Below, piece by piece: positions 1-10,135 of a stretch of 64,000 nt of DNA (positions within the stretch are counted from its first letter, which is position 1; the number at the start of each line of letters is the position of its first letter). Source of the stretch: Albugo candida (lineage: Eukaryota). The notes under the pieces were generated by a model, which did no database searches, was not told the origin of the DNA, and saw only the letters and a program-made list of their open reading frames with translations. The stretch covers positions 310,001-374,000 of the forward strand of contig JBDOQK010000029.1 of the NCBI GenBank assembly GCA_040437565.1, written 5' to 3'. Both the position numbers and the translations under genes were made by a program.

Positions 1-1572
1 TGCACGGCGAGTTGTTGATCCGATAACTTGAAAGACAGACCGCTTCCTTCTTCCTCGTTTGTATGCTGTGCTAGCGCAAAGGTGCGTGCACGCAGCGAAT
101 TCTTTAGTAAAGAACCATTCAGTCGAGATGACCCACAAGAATGTAAGCGTTGTAGTAACATCTCAGAGTGTGATCAAAGTGATCCGACGCTCGGATCTTT
201 TCAAGTAATATTTTATTTAGCTCCGATACTACTGTATACACTTCGTATACATCCGTTAACAGATACAGTGTGATGAAGTCTAATAATGTTGCGATAGGCT
301 TTCCATCGATAGTGCGGTNNNNNNNNNNNNNNNNNNNNNNNNNNNNNNNNNNNNNNNNNNNNNNNNNNNNNNNNNNNNNNNNNNNNNNNNNNNNNNNNNN
401 NNNNNNNNNNNNNNNNNNCAGATACAGTGTGATGAAGTCTAATAATGTTGCGATAGGCTTTCCATCGATAGTGCGGTAGGTACATTCACCTGGCGTTATT
501 TGCAGTCAACGTGCCATAAATGCTTCCTCTCTCGCTATTCATCCTGTCTGAAGCGGCACAGTATCACAGCTCAATTTGTTGTATGTGATATAATTATTCT
601 GGTCGTCAGCATCCCCTCGTGAATGCGCTAGGGATGGTCCATCTTTCCATTGACATGCTCTGATATTCCTACCTGCAGATCCAATGTTACACCTCGTTTC
701 CATTTGGAGAAGAACTCGAAGCGATCTCTCTCGTACACTTGGTTGAAAGTGTCGTCAATTTGCCCTTCAGAACACGCTAATCGAAAAGAGAGATTGAGCT
801 GTGTTTTGGTCGATTCATTGTGATAAACTTGGATAAATGGACAGGCTGGCTTGTTCCATTTCACGTCGTGGGAGCTTTATCTCGGTAATGAAGTGCCATG
901 TTTTCCAAGTCTATTGGCGAGAAAAATCCGATAGATAGCATGAGCTTCACATACTCATTGTGATGTTAACAACAACGAGCTCATCTGTCATATGTCAATC
1001 GATTCTGTTCACTCCAAACGTTCTCATTATATTTTTTCTGCCGTCGTCGACTGATGGCTGTACGAATCGACCGAGTTGGAAGCCTGAAAACTTCCGCCAC
1101 TCNNNNNNNNNNNNNNNNNNNNNNNNNNNNNNNNNNNNNNNNNNNNNNNNNNNNNNNNNNNNNNNNNNNNNNNNNNNNNNNNNNNNNNNNNNNNNNNNNN
1201 NNTCTGCCGTCGTCGACTGATGGCTGTACGAATCGACCGAGTTGGAAGCCTGAAAACTTCCGCCACTCGTTCCTTTCTTCGCACTTGGATTGAGTCCCGG
1301 CTTCCTAATCAATTCTCATGTACTGCGGTCCGAGCCTTTAGCGCTGATAGAATCCCTTCTGTCATAAATGACAGGAACGGATTAATTTCTCTCGCACGAA
1401 CAACTGAGAAGCATTCTATCAGCATGGATTAGGCCTACTATCCTCTTCACCTCCTGCTGCTTGCCGATTCCTCAATTGATCAGCGATAGAAGACGTGTGA
1501 TGCATCTGTTATCTCCTTCATACAATATGTGGAAAAATCGACAAATATGAAAAAAATGGAAATCGTAATTTG

Positions 1573-4500
1573 TTACACGTCGATGTTGTTGCTGCGGTAT
1601 TGATACGCGTCGTACTGTCGTGTGCCCCAAGCATTATAGCTTTTGCGGATCAGAGCGTCCACATGCTGTTCGAGTTGGTACCGACTTTGGAATTTCCGCA
1701 AACGTTGTTTCAAATCACAAATTATCTTTTCCAATTGACGACAACGCGATTTGCTTCCACGGAAGCACGCAAATGTTGAATTTTGTCCGGTCAATTGTAA
1801 CAGAGTCAGAATTTCCCGCTGATGTTTCTGCAGTGCAATCAATCCATCCGCAAGCAACGTTCGGAAGCGCTGGAACCCCATAGAAGTAAGACCGCCCATC
1901 ACCTGAACCATTTCACTCGTCAATTTGAACGGAGCATCTTCCAAACTAAATGCTCGTCCTGGCGCGATTCCAAGAATAAATCCAAAATCAATGTGAATTA
2001 TATGGCCTTCAGAGCTCAACAAAATGTTCCCATTGTGTCGATCTTTAAGCTGAAGAACATAAGACACCAGGCTATACGCTGCCATACTATTGATGAATTT
2101 AGTACGGGCAGCCTCTAGCGCGTCGCTACCATCCGATTGATTCTCATTATAAGACGAGTGGAAGTAGTCCCAAAGTGAGCAGCGATTTCGACGACCAAAA
2201 CGTTTCTTCAAATGATCCAAAGAGCAAGCGTCTGTAATTGTTTCCAGTAAGCCGATATCGCTTCCAGTGGCTATGATGCGGTAAGAACGAAGCCACAATG
2301 GTAATTTCTCACGATCAAATATATGCCGCAATCGATCGATAATTTGCATGGCAAACATTTCTTGGCGAAGGTCGTCATTCGTCTTCACAATGACTGAAAA
2401 CAAACGCCATCCTGGAAAGTGGCCCATAGGCGAAGCCGAACGAATTCGTCTCTGCTTTTCGCTCCAACATTCGCCAAACACATTGCTATCGTACACCATC
2501 GTACTGACATTTCCCCCGGCTTGTTTATCAGGAAGTACAAGTGAAGGTTTCCCATTTGTTATCTGCGACGTATTTCGATGCGTACAGCTCGGAAGAGATT
2601 TCGAAAAGGATTTTCGTACTGAGGAGCGATTACTTTGAATGCCGTTTCCCGACTCTCGATCGAGAAGACGACTGTTGCTCGAGAATAAAGGAGTCAAGCT
2701 ACACGGCGTTGATTTGGAATAGTCAGAAGCATAACTATCCTTTGGATTTTGGTGCGGTGAAATCACATCCCACGCATCATCACTTTCTTCATCGACCAGG
2801 ATACGCTCTTCCAGATCATGATCGGTCAACACTGAACTGTGTCTCGACGATCGGAAAAATGGACGTAATGGCTCATCGTCATACTCACTCTCTTGCTCGG
2901 GAAGGTCAATTGGAACAGCTTCCATGAAAATCATAGTCGGAGCACGATTCTTTGTCGTAAACACAGTTCCATCGTCTGGTGGTATTCGTACAACTTTATA
3001 CAACTGGTCGGACGCTGAGCACAAGGGATACAGCTCCATACCATCCAATGACGAATTAAGACGCTCCAATTCTTTCCTCAGCACGCTCTTACGATGCGTG
3101 ACGGGATATATGAAGCGTAATTTGTCACTAATTGTGGCAAGAGATTGTACAAACGCGACTTGTTTCAAGACCAAATTCTCCAGTCGCACAGCCATATCTG
3201 TCTGCAGTCGTCCACGCTCCATATCGCTCCCTAGAAAAAGCTCGTAATTGATGCTGGAATCGTACTCACACAAAGTCCTTCCCATTCGTTTGACTTCAAA
3301 AGCACATCTTTGAAAATCGACCGTTGAAGTCGCATTGAGCCAACGTTCCGCCCATGAATCCGTCTCGCAATGGATCAAAGCTTCACTTTTTTCAAATGCT
3401 CGATGGAGTAAGGCACAAATCGTCGAGCAAAGATTCTCTGGGCAATCTGATAGTAAAATAGAGCTCCACAACGAGTCGTTTGCTTGGGAGTCTTTACCAA
3501 ACACTTGAGCAAAAGTAACGTTATGGACGTCTACACGCGGTGGAAAAATGAACCCAAGAAGATCCAAAAACGTGTGTGAATGAGAATGAACCGAATACGT
3601 CAAGGAAGCCTGCGCGTGCCAAATCGTCTGCAGAGCTATCCGAGGTGCTCGTCGACAAATTCCGCGGATATAGCGCTTGAGATAGAAAAGCTGCACAAAG
3701 TAGGCTTCGGCATCCGTTCGGACATCGATACACTCGAGCAAATGCAGGATCTGATACCATACATTCTCAATCTGATCAATGGCGTTCTCCGCATAGAATG
3801 GAAGCCTCTCACATGCGATCCGAAAAAGGTGCGGCGTCGTACGTGTGCGATACATCAGCTGGATCGTATGTATCAAACTCATAGGACTTTGCTCAAGTCT
3901 GTGAATCAACAGCGCATCGACTTTGCATTGACTCGCGTTGTGTATCTCACCGCATGAACTGACATCCAAAAGCAAGCGCATTCCATTATCTTTACGGAGA
4001 ATAGCATTCATTATGCACAATATACTCTCCAGGTATTCACGAAATACCAATCTCTCCACACACACAACGCAGCAACGAGAACAACAGCTCGACTCTGATG
4101 CTTCACAGAATCCCAACGTACTGGGAAGCCGCATCGATCGACCACAATGTTTCGAGCAGAAATCGTTCCCACAGCATCCGCAAGTCACTTTCCAGACGAG
4201 AAACTTTTTCAGACAGATTCCACAATACCGACAACAAGAGCTGGATGCCAAGGATGCGATCGAGTTGACCGACGACGAAGATTCAATCGGGGATTGTCGT
4301 CTGATGCTTTCATCGATACATGTACTACAGCCGATCGCATCCTCCGATTCCATTCGACGATCGCCGCCAAATGGACCCGAAATTCCAGGACCCAATTTTG
4401 CAATTTGAAGCACATTTTCAATCGCATCGATCCATTGCAACTTCTCTTCCGCTGATTCCGCTGAACAGAGCAACAAACGATTCTGAAGAGTACGAATAGC

Positions 4501-4956
4501 GAATGCATGCGGATACGTATGCATCGATCCAATTCCTGACCAAGACTCAATCGCTTGGATCGATACGTGGCCTCGAAGATTCGTCTGCGTATTTGCATCC
4601 TCTCTTTTCAGAAACCACTTTATCTTGGTGCCCGCAAGCACGCAAAATCGATACGATCCCATGTAGTGGCTGGTACAAAACCTTTTCCTCAGGTATCCTT
4701 CCATCCGTTTCGAACTTGTGTCTTCTCTAATCTCTCGTATCCATTTCTTCACCACTATCGCCGTCGCATTATTTGCATCGATTATCGAGTGATATTCGTC
4801 GCCAAAAATCATCCCATCCTCTCTATCGATTGAATGACACGATTTCTCCTGATTTCCAAATACTTCCATCAATGCTCCGCAATCCCAAATTCGTCGGAAA
4901 GAAAAGTCATAAAGTCTCAATTCGGCTTTCAATCCGATGAAACTCTTTCCATCCAC
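1573..4956 (-). CDS. Phosphatidylinositol 4-kinase (type III-beta-like) with N-terminal PH domain and degenerate FYVE-like Zn finger
   Basis: 1127-aa ORF. Kinase motifs IVKTNDDLRQEMFAMQII, QLKDRHNGNILL, HIDFGF and APFKLT. PH domain runs MEGYLRKR...SAEEKLQWIDAIENVL. Cys-rich CGICLKKF...CGCCGNDFCSKHC...CCVVC. The ORF begins at a GTG; first ATG is at 4869, so the true start is uncertain. Confidence 0.9.
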   Translation of the reverse strand: MDGKSFIGLKAELRLYDFSFRRIWDCGALMEVFGNQEKSCHSIDREDGMIFGDEYHSIIDANNATAIVVKKWIREIREDTSSKRMEGYLRKRFCTSHYMGSYRFCVLAGTKIKWFLKREDANTQTNLRGHVSIQAIESWSGIGSMHTYPHAFAIRTLQNRLLLCSAESAEEKLQWIDAIENVLQIAKLGPGISGPFGGDRRMESEDAIGCSTCIDESIRRQSPIESSSSVNSIASLASSSCCRYCGICLKKFLVWKVTCGCCGNDFCSKHCGRSMRLPSTLGFCEASESSCCSRCCVVCVERLVFREYLESILCIMNAILRKDNGMRLLLDVSSCGEIHNASQCKVDALLIHRLEQSPMSLIHTIQLMYRTRTTPHLFRIACERLPFYAENAIDQIENVWYQILHLLECIDVRTDAEAYFVQLFYLKRYIRGICRRAPRIALQTIWHAQASLTYSVHSHSHTFLDLLGFIFPPRVDVHNVTFAQVFGKDSQANDSLWSSILLSDCPENLCSTICALLHRAFEKSEALIHCETDSWAERWLNATSTVDFQRCAFEVKRMGRTLCEYDSSINYELFLGSDMERGRLQTDMAVRLENLVLKQVAFVQSLATISDKLRFIYPVTHRKSVLRKELERLNSSLDGMELYPLCSASDQLYKVVRIPPDDGTVFTTKNRAPTMIFMEAVPIDLPEQESEYDDEPLRPFFRSSRHSSVLTDHDLEERILVDEESDDAWDVISPHQNPKDSYASDYSKSTPCSLTPLFSSNSRLLDRESGNGIQSNRSSVRKSFSKSLPSCTHRNTSQITNGKPSLVLPDKQAGGNVSTMVYDSNVFGECWSEKQRRIRSASPMGHFPGWRLFSVIVKTNDDLRQEMFAMQIIDRLRHIFDREKLPLWLRSYRIIATGSDIGLLETITDACSLDHLKKRFGRRNRCSLWDYFHSSYNENQSDGSDALEAARTKFINSMAAYSLVSYVLQLKDRHNGNILLSSEGHIIHIDFGFILGIAPGRAFSLEDAPFKLTSEMVQVMGGLTSMGFQRFRTLLADGLIALQKHQREILTLLQLTGQNSTFACFRGSKSRCRQLEKIICDLKQRLRKFQSRYQLEQHVDALIRKSYNAWGTRQYDAYQYRSNNIDV

Positions 4957-4986
4957 CGGTTCGATACTGATGGCTTCTTACCAGCG

Positions 4987-5782
4987 GCCGTGTGTCCTGT
5001 AGACGGATTCAAATGTCTCATCAAAGCAGTTATATTGTCCAGTTCCTCCACAACAAAATACAAACGACAAAAGACCCGGCTATTTTCAGCCGATACAGCG
5101 CGAATGGTACTGAGAAACGAATTGTATTGAATCCATCCTACAATCAAAAGTATAAAATCACGGTCGCCAGTCTTTCGATTTTAAGGCTTGAAACCCATTT
5201 CCCGTCGATATAAAGCCTTTTCTCGAGCATTTGGACGATCCGACATCCAATTTCCGCTGCTATTTCGCTTTGTGAATTGTTTCTTCTTACGTGCATCCGC
5301 ATCATCGAATATCTTTTCCAAATCGCACGTATCGNNNNNNNNNNNNNNNNNNNNNNNNNNNNNNNNNNNNNNNNNNNNNNNNNNNNNNNNNNNNNNNNNN
5401 NNNNNNNNNNNNNNNNNNNNNNNNNNNNNNNNNNGCCGTGTGTCCTGTAGACGGATTCAAATGTCTCATCAAAGCAGTTATATTGTCCAGTTCCTCCACA
5501 GCAAAAGACAAACGACAAAAGACCCGGCTATTTTCAGCCGATACAGCGCGAGTAGTATTGAGAAACGAATTGTATTGAATCCATCCTACAATCAAAGGTA
5601 TAAAATCACGGTCGCCAGTCTTTCGATGCTAAGGCTTGAAACCCATTTCCCGTCGATATAAAGACTTCTCTCGAGCATTTGGACGATCCGGCATCCAATT
5701 TCCGCTGCTATTTCGTTTTGTGAATTGTTTCTTCTTACGTGCATCCGCATCATCGAATATCTTTTCCAAATCGCACGTATCG
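4987..5782. repeat. 348-bp diverged direct duplication around gap 5335-5434
   Basis: 4987-5334 versus 5435-5782; about 12 substitutions counted by eye. Confidence 0.85.
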
Positions 5783-8406
5783 ACAAAATCGGGAAATATG
5801 TGTGGGGAGGGATCTATCGCATTGGATTGGAATTGATTGTGCATGATACGCTCCAGATTTTCTTTACGGGCCCACGATGGAATGGACTGCTTTTTCTTAT
5901 CCGATTGAGATGATTCAACGATCACGGAGTTTTGGCTGAGACGAATTACCGACTGTTTTGGCTGCGTGTCACCAGCAGGCAACGCGGTCGAAGAGGCCAA
6001 TAAGCCATTTTTACTCCATTCCGTACGCGCTTGCATTTTCTCATGTCGACGTTTGGCTTGTTTTAATGCATCGACTACACGCTTTGAATTAGGTTTTCGA
6101 CTCGTACGATCTCTGATGAGCTGCAGCTTGCGTTCTTTTCGCGCGTCTTCGATAGCTCGTTCTTGTTCGTGTTTTCTTCGAAGTGCCTGCAATCGTTTGG
6201 CTTTTTCCAATTTACGTTGATGCTCGAGCTCTCGGACTTTTTCGGCTTTTTTCAGCGCACTCACAGGCGGAATCGATCGCTGCATTGAGTTTTGCTTCAG
6301 GGTCTTTGGTCTTTCATCGGTTTTGCTTTCAAGTAAGGAAACGAACGAATGCAAACTGCTCACCAAATTCGATGGTTTTTGGATCTGCGATTTCGTTGAG
6401 ACAGACTGAAGAGCTGTGTTTGAAGGCACACAATCGATACGGATGGCTTCTCGAGACGGATTTCGATCCGATGGAGCGATATCCCTCGGAAGCGTCTCTG
6501 TAGCTCGAATTGGCGATCGGATTTTGATCGATTCCTTTTCGTCCAAAGTTGATGTCATCTCTTTCTGATTCGTATCGGCTTTTGCTTCTGATACAGAGCC
6601 TTCAACACTCTTTTCAGGCAATTGTTTTGTAGGAATGATTTGTTTATTGGCTTTAGCTCGCTCGTATCTTTGTTGTGCCGATTTTTTCGCTGCCATTCGA
6701 ATTCGCAAAACTTCTCTTTCGATGTTAAATCTTCGTTCCAAAATCTGACGATCTCCGCTTTCTTTGCGTATTTGAGTGATTTTCATTTGCTCGGACACGA
6801 CTTTACGACTGGCAGAAGCTTTTGAATGATTTATGCTGGCTTTGGGTTCGCTTACTGCGTCCTCTTTGACCACTTTACTTTGCGTCTCTTTCTGGAAAGG
6901 AGTTTCTGTTCGATCGGAAAAGAGTTCCGCAGAGTCGACTTCAGGATCGCATACGACTTTATCGTGCTCATCGGAACATTCTTTCGGAGCATTCAGTTGT
7001 GGAGCGTGCTCCGATCCATTGCTGACGATTGTCTTGGTCGAGTCGACATCAATCTTTTGAGGAATGAGTTTCTCTACTGAATCGGTATCGATGGCGTTGA
7101 TGTCATTTCTAATGCAAAGAGTAGCGGTATCCTCGTCGTCTGACGTCAAATCACCGCTTATCCTGATGAATTCTCTCGACTCTCTTTCCATCGACTTTGT
7201 CATCGAAGAATCCTCGATTGTCGTTTGGGAAGTAGTTGTTGATCTTCGTATTTGCTCGACTTCTATACCTTCTGGTTCTTTTTCGGTCTCCTCTTCGATG
7301 GTTTCCGACTGCTTTTGTGGCTCACTATCGATCAGTTCCAATTCTGTTCCCGGATCACTTTCTCGCACAAGATCATTTATAGCACATGTCGGCGATGCGT
7401 CAAGTAGATAACTATGCTTCTTTTGCTCCCCAGCAAACAGGTCACTTGTAAGGTCTTCTTGTTCAATGACTATGTCAGTGTCTGCTTCTGTGATTGACAT
7501 CAACTCTGTTTGTGTTTCTTGCGCTTCCCTGACTTTTTCATTTTCGACGGCTATAATCTTCTCATCTGTTTCGCTCTTACTATTTGTTGGTGACATCATA
7601 TCGTGCTGGAGCTCGCTTTCCACCACAATTTGATTTTGCACTGTCGGCTTGGCACTTTGGTCGTCAGGATTCTCTATCTGTCGGTCTGAAACTCCTTCCA
7701 CATCATTTTCAGCCTCAACGACTTTCGTGACGGAATCCTTTGAGTCTATTGCATCCTGCGTAGTTGTTTGCCTTTCCGAGTCCTCTGCTTCCAATGTAAG
7801 AGCTTCTTCGAGCCTATTCAGCAAAACAGCTTTAAGGCCTGTCATTGAGAAACCTTTTTTCTTCAATTCTCTTCGGAGATCGACGACTTTCCACTCTGAC
7901 GGGTTGAGCTTTATTCGTATCTTCTCGCGGCATGGCTGAGCTTCTACGGCTTGGTCGGGAGCATTGACATTAGCTGTAGACTCGGCAGCAGAACTTCGAA
8001 GCGGAAATGTGGTTGTTTCTGTAATTGCGGTAAAAAAGCTGTCTTGGTTCGTAGATTCGTGAGGAATAATCGTATTTTCTGAATTTTTGGTCTCGATAGC
8101 ATCTAATTCTGTAATTTCATCATGCAAGACGTCTATTTGTGCATTTGCTTCCTCAGATACAACGTCCTCCATTTTCGGTATTTTTCGCTTTCTTGAGGAG
8201 AGACGAGGTCGTTTGAATGTATTCGCGTTTGCATCGAGGGTTTGAGAGTATAGTTCCTTGCAAGGAACGCCGAGACGCTCCCTTAAATTGTGTAGTTGGC
8301 CGTGCAGCCACTCCAAATTTGAACTGTGCTGCTGTTTAAGAGATTTTGTGTGCTCGTGGTATAATGCATCCATGTGTCGCTGTACTTTAATGACTGCATC
8401 GCTCAT
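5629..8406 (-). CDS. INCENP: INCENP-like chromosomal passenger protein (C-terminal IN-box) with a SAP domain
   Basis: C-terminal IPSWARKENL..Q...DP..IFPD...CDLEKIF...FTKRNSSGNW matches the Aurora-binding IN-box. It is preceded by a charged E/R/K helix. SAP motif WKVVDLRRELKKKGFSMTGLKAVLLNRL. First ATG at 8406. Confidence 0.8.
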   Translation of the reverse strand: MSDAVIKVQRHMDALYHEHTKSLKQQHSSNLEWLHGQLHNLRERLGVPCKELYSQTLDANANTFKRPRLSSRKRKIPKMEDVVSEEANAQIDVLHDEITELDAIETKNSENTIIPHESTNQDSFFTAITETTTFPLRSSAAESTANVNAPDQAVEAQPCREKIRIKLNPSEWKVVDLRRELKKKGFSMTGLKAVLLNRLEEALTLEAEDSERQTTTQDAIDSKDSVTKVVEAENDVEGVSDRQIENPDDQSAKPTVQNQIVVESELQHDMMSPTNSKSETDEKIIAVENEKVREAQETQTELMSITEADTDIVIEQEDLTSDLFAGEQKKHSYLLDASPTCAINDLVRESDPGTELELIDSEPQKQSETIEEETEKEPEGIEVEQIRRSTTTSQTTIEDSSMTKSMERESREFIRISGDLTSDDEDTATLCIRNDINAIDTDSVEKLIPQKIDVDSTKTIVSNGSEHAPQLNAPKECSDEHDKVVCDPEVDSAELFSDRTETPFQKETQSKVVKEDAVSEPKASINHSKASASRKVVSEQMKITQIRKESGDRQILERRFNIEREVLRIRMAAKKSAQQRYERAKANKQIIPTKQLPEKSVEGSVSEAKADTNQKEMTSTLDEKESIKIRSPIRATETLPRDIAPSDRNPSREAIRIDCVPSNTALQSVSTKSQIQKPSNLVSSLHSFVSLLESKTDERPKTLKQNSMQRSIPPVSALKKAEKVRELEHQRKLEKAKRLQALRRKHEQERAIEDARKERKLQLIRDRTSRKPNSKRVVDALKQAKRRHEKMQARTEWSKNGLLASSTALPAGDTQPKQSVIRLSQNSVIVESSQSDKKKQSIPSWARKENLERIMHNQFQSNAIDPSPHIFPDFVDTCDLEKIFDDADARKKKQFTKRNSSGNWMPDRPNAREKSLYRREMGFKP

Positions 8407-9323
8407 AATGAAGCCAAATTCGCTCAATGTTCGATTTTCTACCGCCGATGGACCCGATGTTTTTTTGACTTAAACATTCAAATAGCGGCTTTGTGGATTA
8501 CCGAACCTTAACTTAGGCGTTAGGAGGTAGTGATAATAGNNNNNNNNNNNNNNNNNNNNNNNNNNNNNNNNNNNNNNNNNNNNNNNNNNNNNNNNNNNNN
8601 NNNNNNNNNNNNNNNNNNNNNNNNNNNNNNNNNNNNNNNTAGTGTAGTACATCAATGTAGATGACCCAGACCCCAATTCGGATTCTTGCCTCATATAATT
8701 TGCTTCACGTTGACTAGGAATGATTCAAGTTATTTTGTCAAGTGGCTGCCAGACCTATTTAACATCCCATCCGTAAGGAAAAGCTATCGATATCGAGTGG
8801 TTGCAGCCGTATTATTCCATTTCCAAATCAACCGCTATTACCAGTTTACATAACCGATGTTCGTATCAGAGACACAACAACGTGCGAGTGCAAGGTGCTT
8901 ATGTATCAGTTTGTAGTCAGACTTACAAATGACCGGTATTCAGGAGTACAACAAGGAGCGAGTGATGAAGATGCGCTGTGTGGCAGGCGTTGCAGCTTCA
9001 TTCTCATACTCACTATGTTTCCTACTATTTGGACTCACTTAGTATCTACTCTTTCTTTATTTGAGAGCACAGTGCATGTAGTACCGGTACCTATCGTTCG
9101 ACTGACTCAAACAATTGTTGTATGCGACTTATTCTATACTCGATGACATCAAGTGGATATTAATCAGAGCCACAGCTGCTCGATAGAATTGACACCGTTA
9201 CTTTCGGTTAGGCTCATAACAACGCAGCACTGACAAAGTCTCAATTGTTATGTGACCACATAGAGATATGAAAGTGCGGTATCGAATACAAGTGAATTAC
9301 ATTGCCATTTGTTAGTTAAGCTC

Positions 9324-9644
9324 TCAGAAATCGGTGCACCGTCCATTCCGTTCCCAGTCACCGTACCGAGTGGGCTCTTTGAGTTTCCCACCTTTTGTTG
9401 GTCCTCCATATTCAGGCCCACTTGGACCTGAGTCCAGAACGTCTTCCTCATCATCTTCAGACTCGTAGTCCAGGTCGAGCTCCTGCAATGTGTTAGAGTC
9501 AACTTTAGGTTTCGTAATGTCACTCCAATAACGTTTTTGATATTGTAACAGACTCGAATTCTTGCTGTACTTTTTTACTGCGCTCTCGATAACAAATTTG
9601 TCTCGCATCACCTTTATAAAGCGGTTAGAAGCCATTAACGCCAT
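9324..9644 (-). CDS. SDHAF4: Succinate dehydrogenase assembly factor 4 (DUF1674 family)
   Basis: C-terminal EYGGP...EPTRYGDWERNGRCTDF signature; basic, mitochondrial-presequence-like N-terminus. Confidence 0.88.
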   Translation of the reverse strand: MALMASNRFIKVMRDKFVIESAVKKYSKNSSLLQYQKRYWSDITKPKVDSNTLQELDLDYESEDDEEDVLDSGPSGPEYGGPTKGGKLKEPTRYGDWERNGRCTDF

Positions 9645-10135
9645 ACTCGTCTTTGTGTGCTGTTAAAAAGGCTGAAGGAAGAATCAACTTTGAAGAAACG
9701 GACTTAACAAAAAAACAAAGATAGGAACGGTATGCAAACCCGAAACCACTATTTTCGCCTGACTGATGGTCAGATTGATACTTGCAGTGAGTATTACCGT
9801 TGGTCTTCCAACGTGAACCCGATCTCTTACAGATTCAAGGCCTGCCAGCAAAGTCTAGAAATGTAATATATATAGACTCAGAGCACGGTGGTAAATTTCT
9901 CTAGTGACTTCCGGTAATCGCAACAGCTCGCCACGGTTATGTTTCACCTAACAAAATTTCCGAGCAAATCAAATTTCATCAAAACTTTGGCGAGACTATG
10001 TCGGTCAGATAATCTTGCAACTGTGGAACAAGCGACTCAAGACTGATACCGAGTCTTTAAGGCCAATGGATTGATTCGGATGTTGGGTCGCTAGCTGTAT
10101 GGTGCACTGCTGATCTCATGACTGTATGATTCATT

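Noticed and set aside
260-477. 59-bp direct repeat
   Set aside because: Identical flanks of the 100-N gap at 319-418; unmerged contig overlap.
1037-1268. 66-bp direct repeat
   Set aside because: Identical flanks of the gap at 1103-1202; assembly artefact.
1-1520. Coding-like minus-strand fragments with possible splice sites
   Set aside because: Could not build a stop-free spliced model or recognise a family; two gaps intervene. May be a gene or pseudogene running off the window.
8500-8660. TTAGG/TAGTG-like low-complexity sequence beside a gap
   Set aside because: Too few and too irregular units to call a telomeric or satellite repeat; the content is hidden by Ns.
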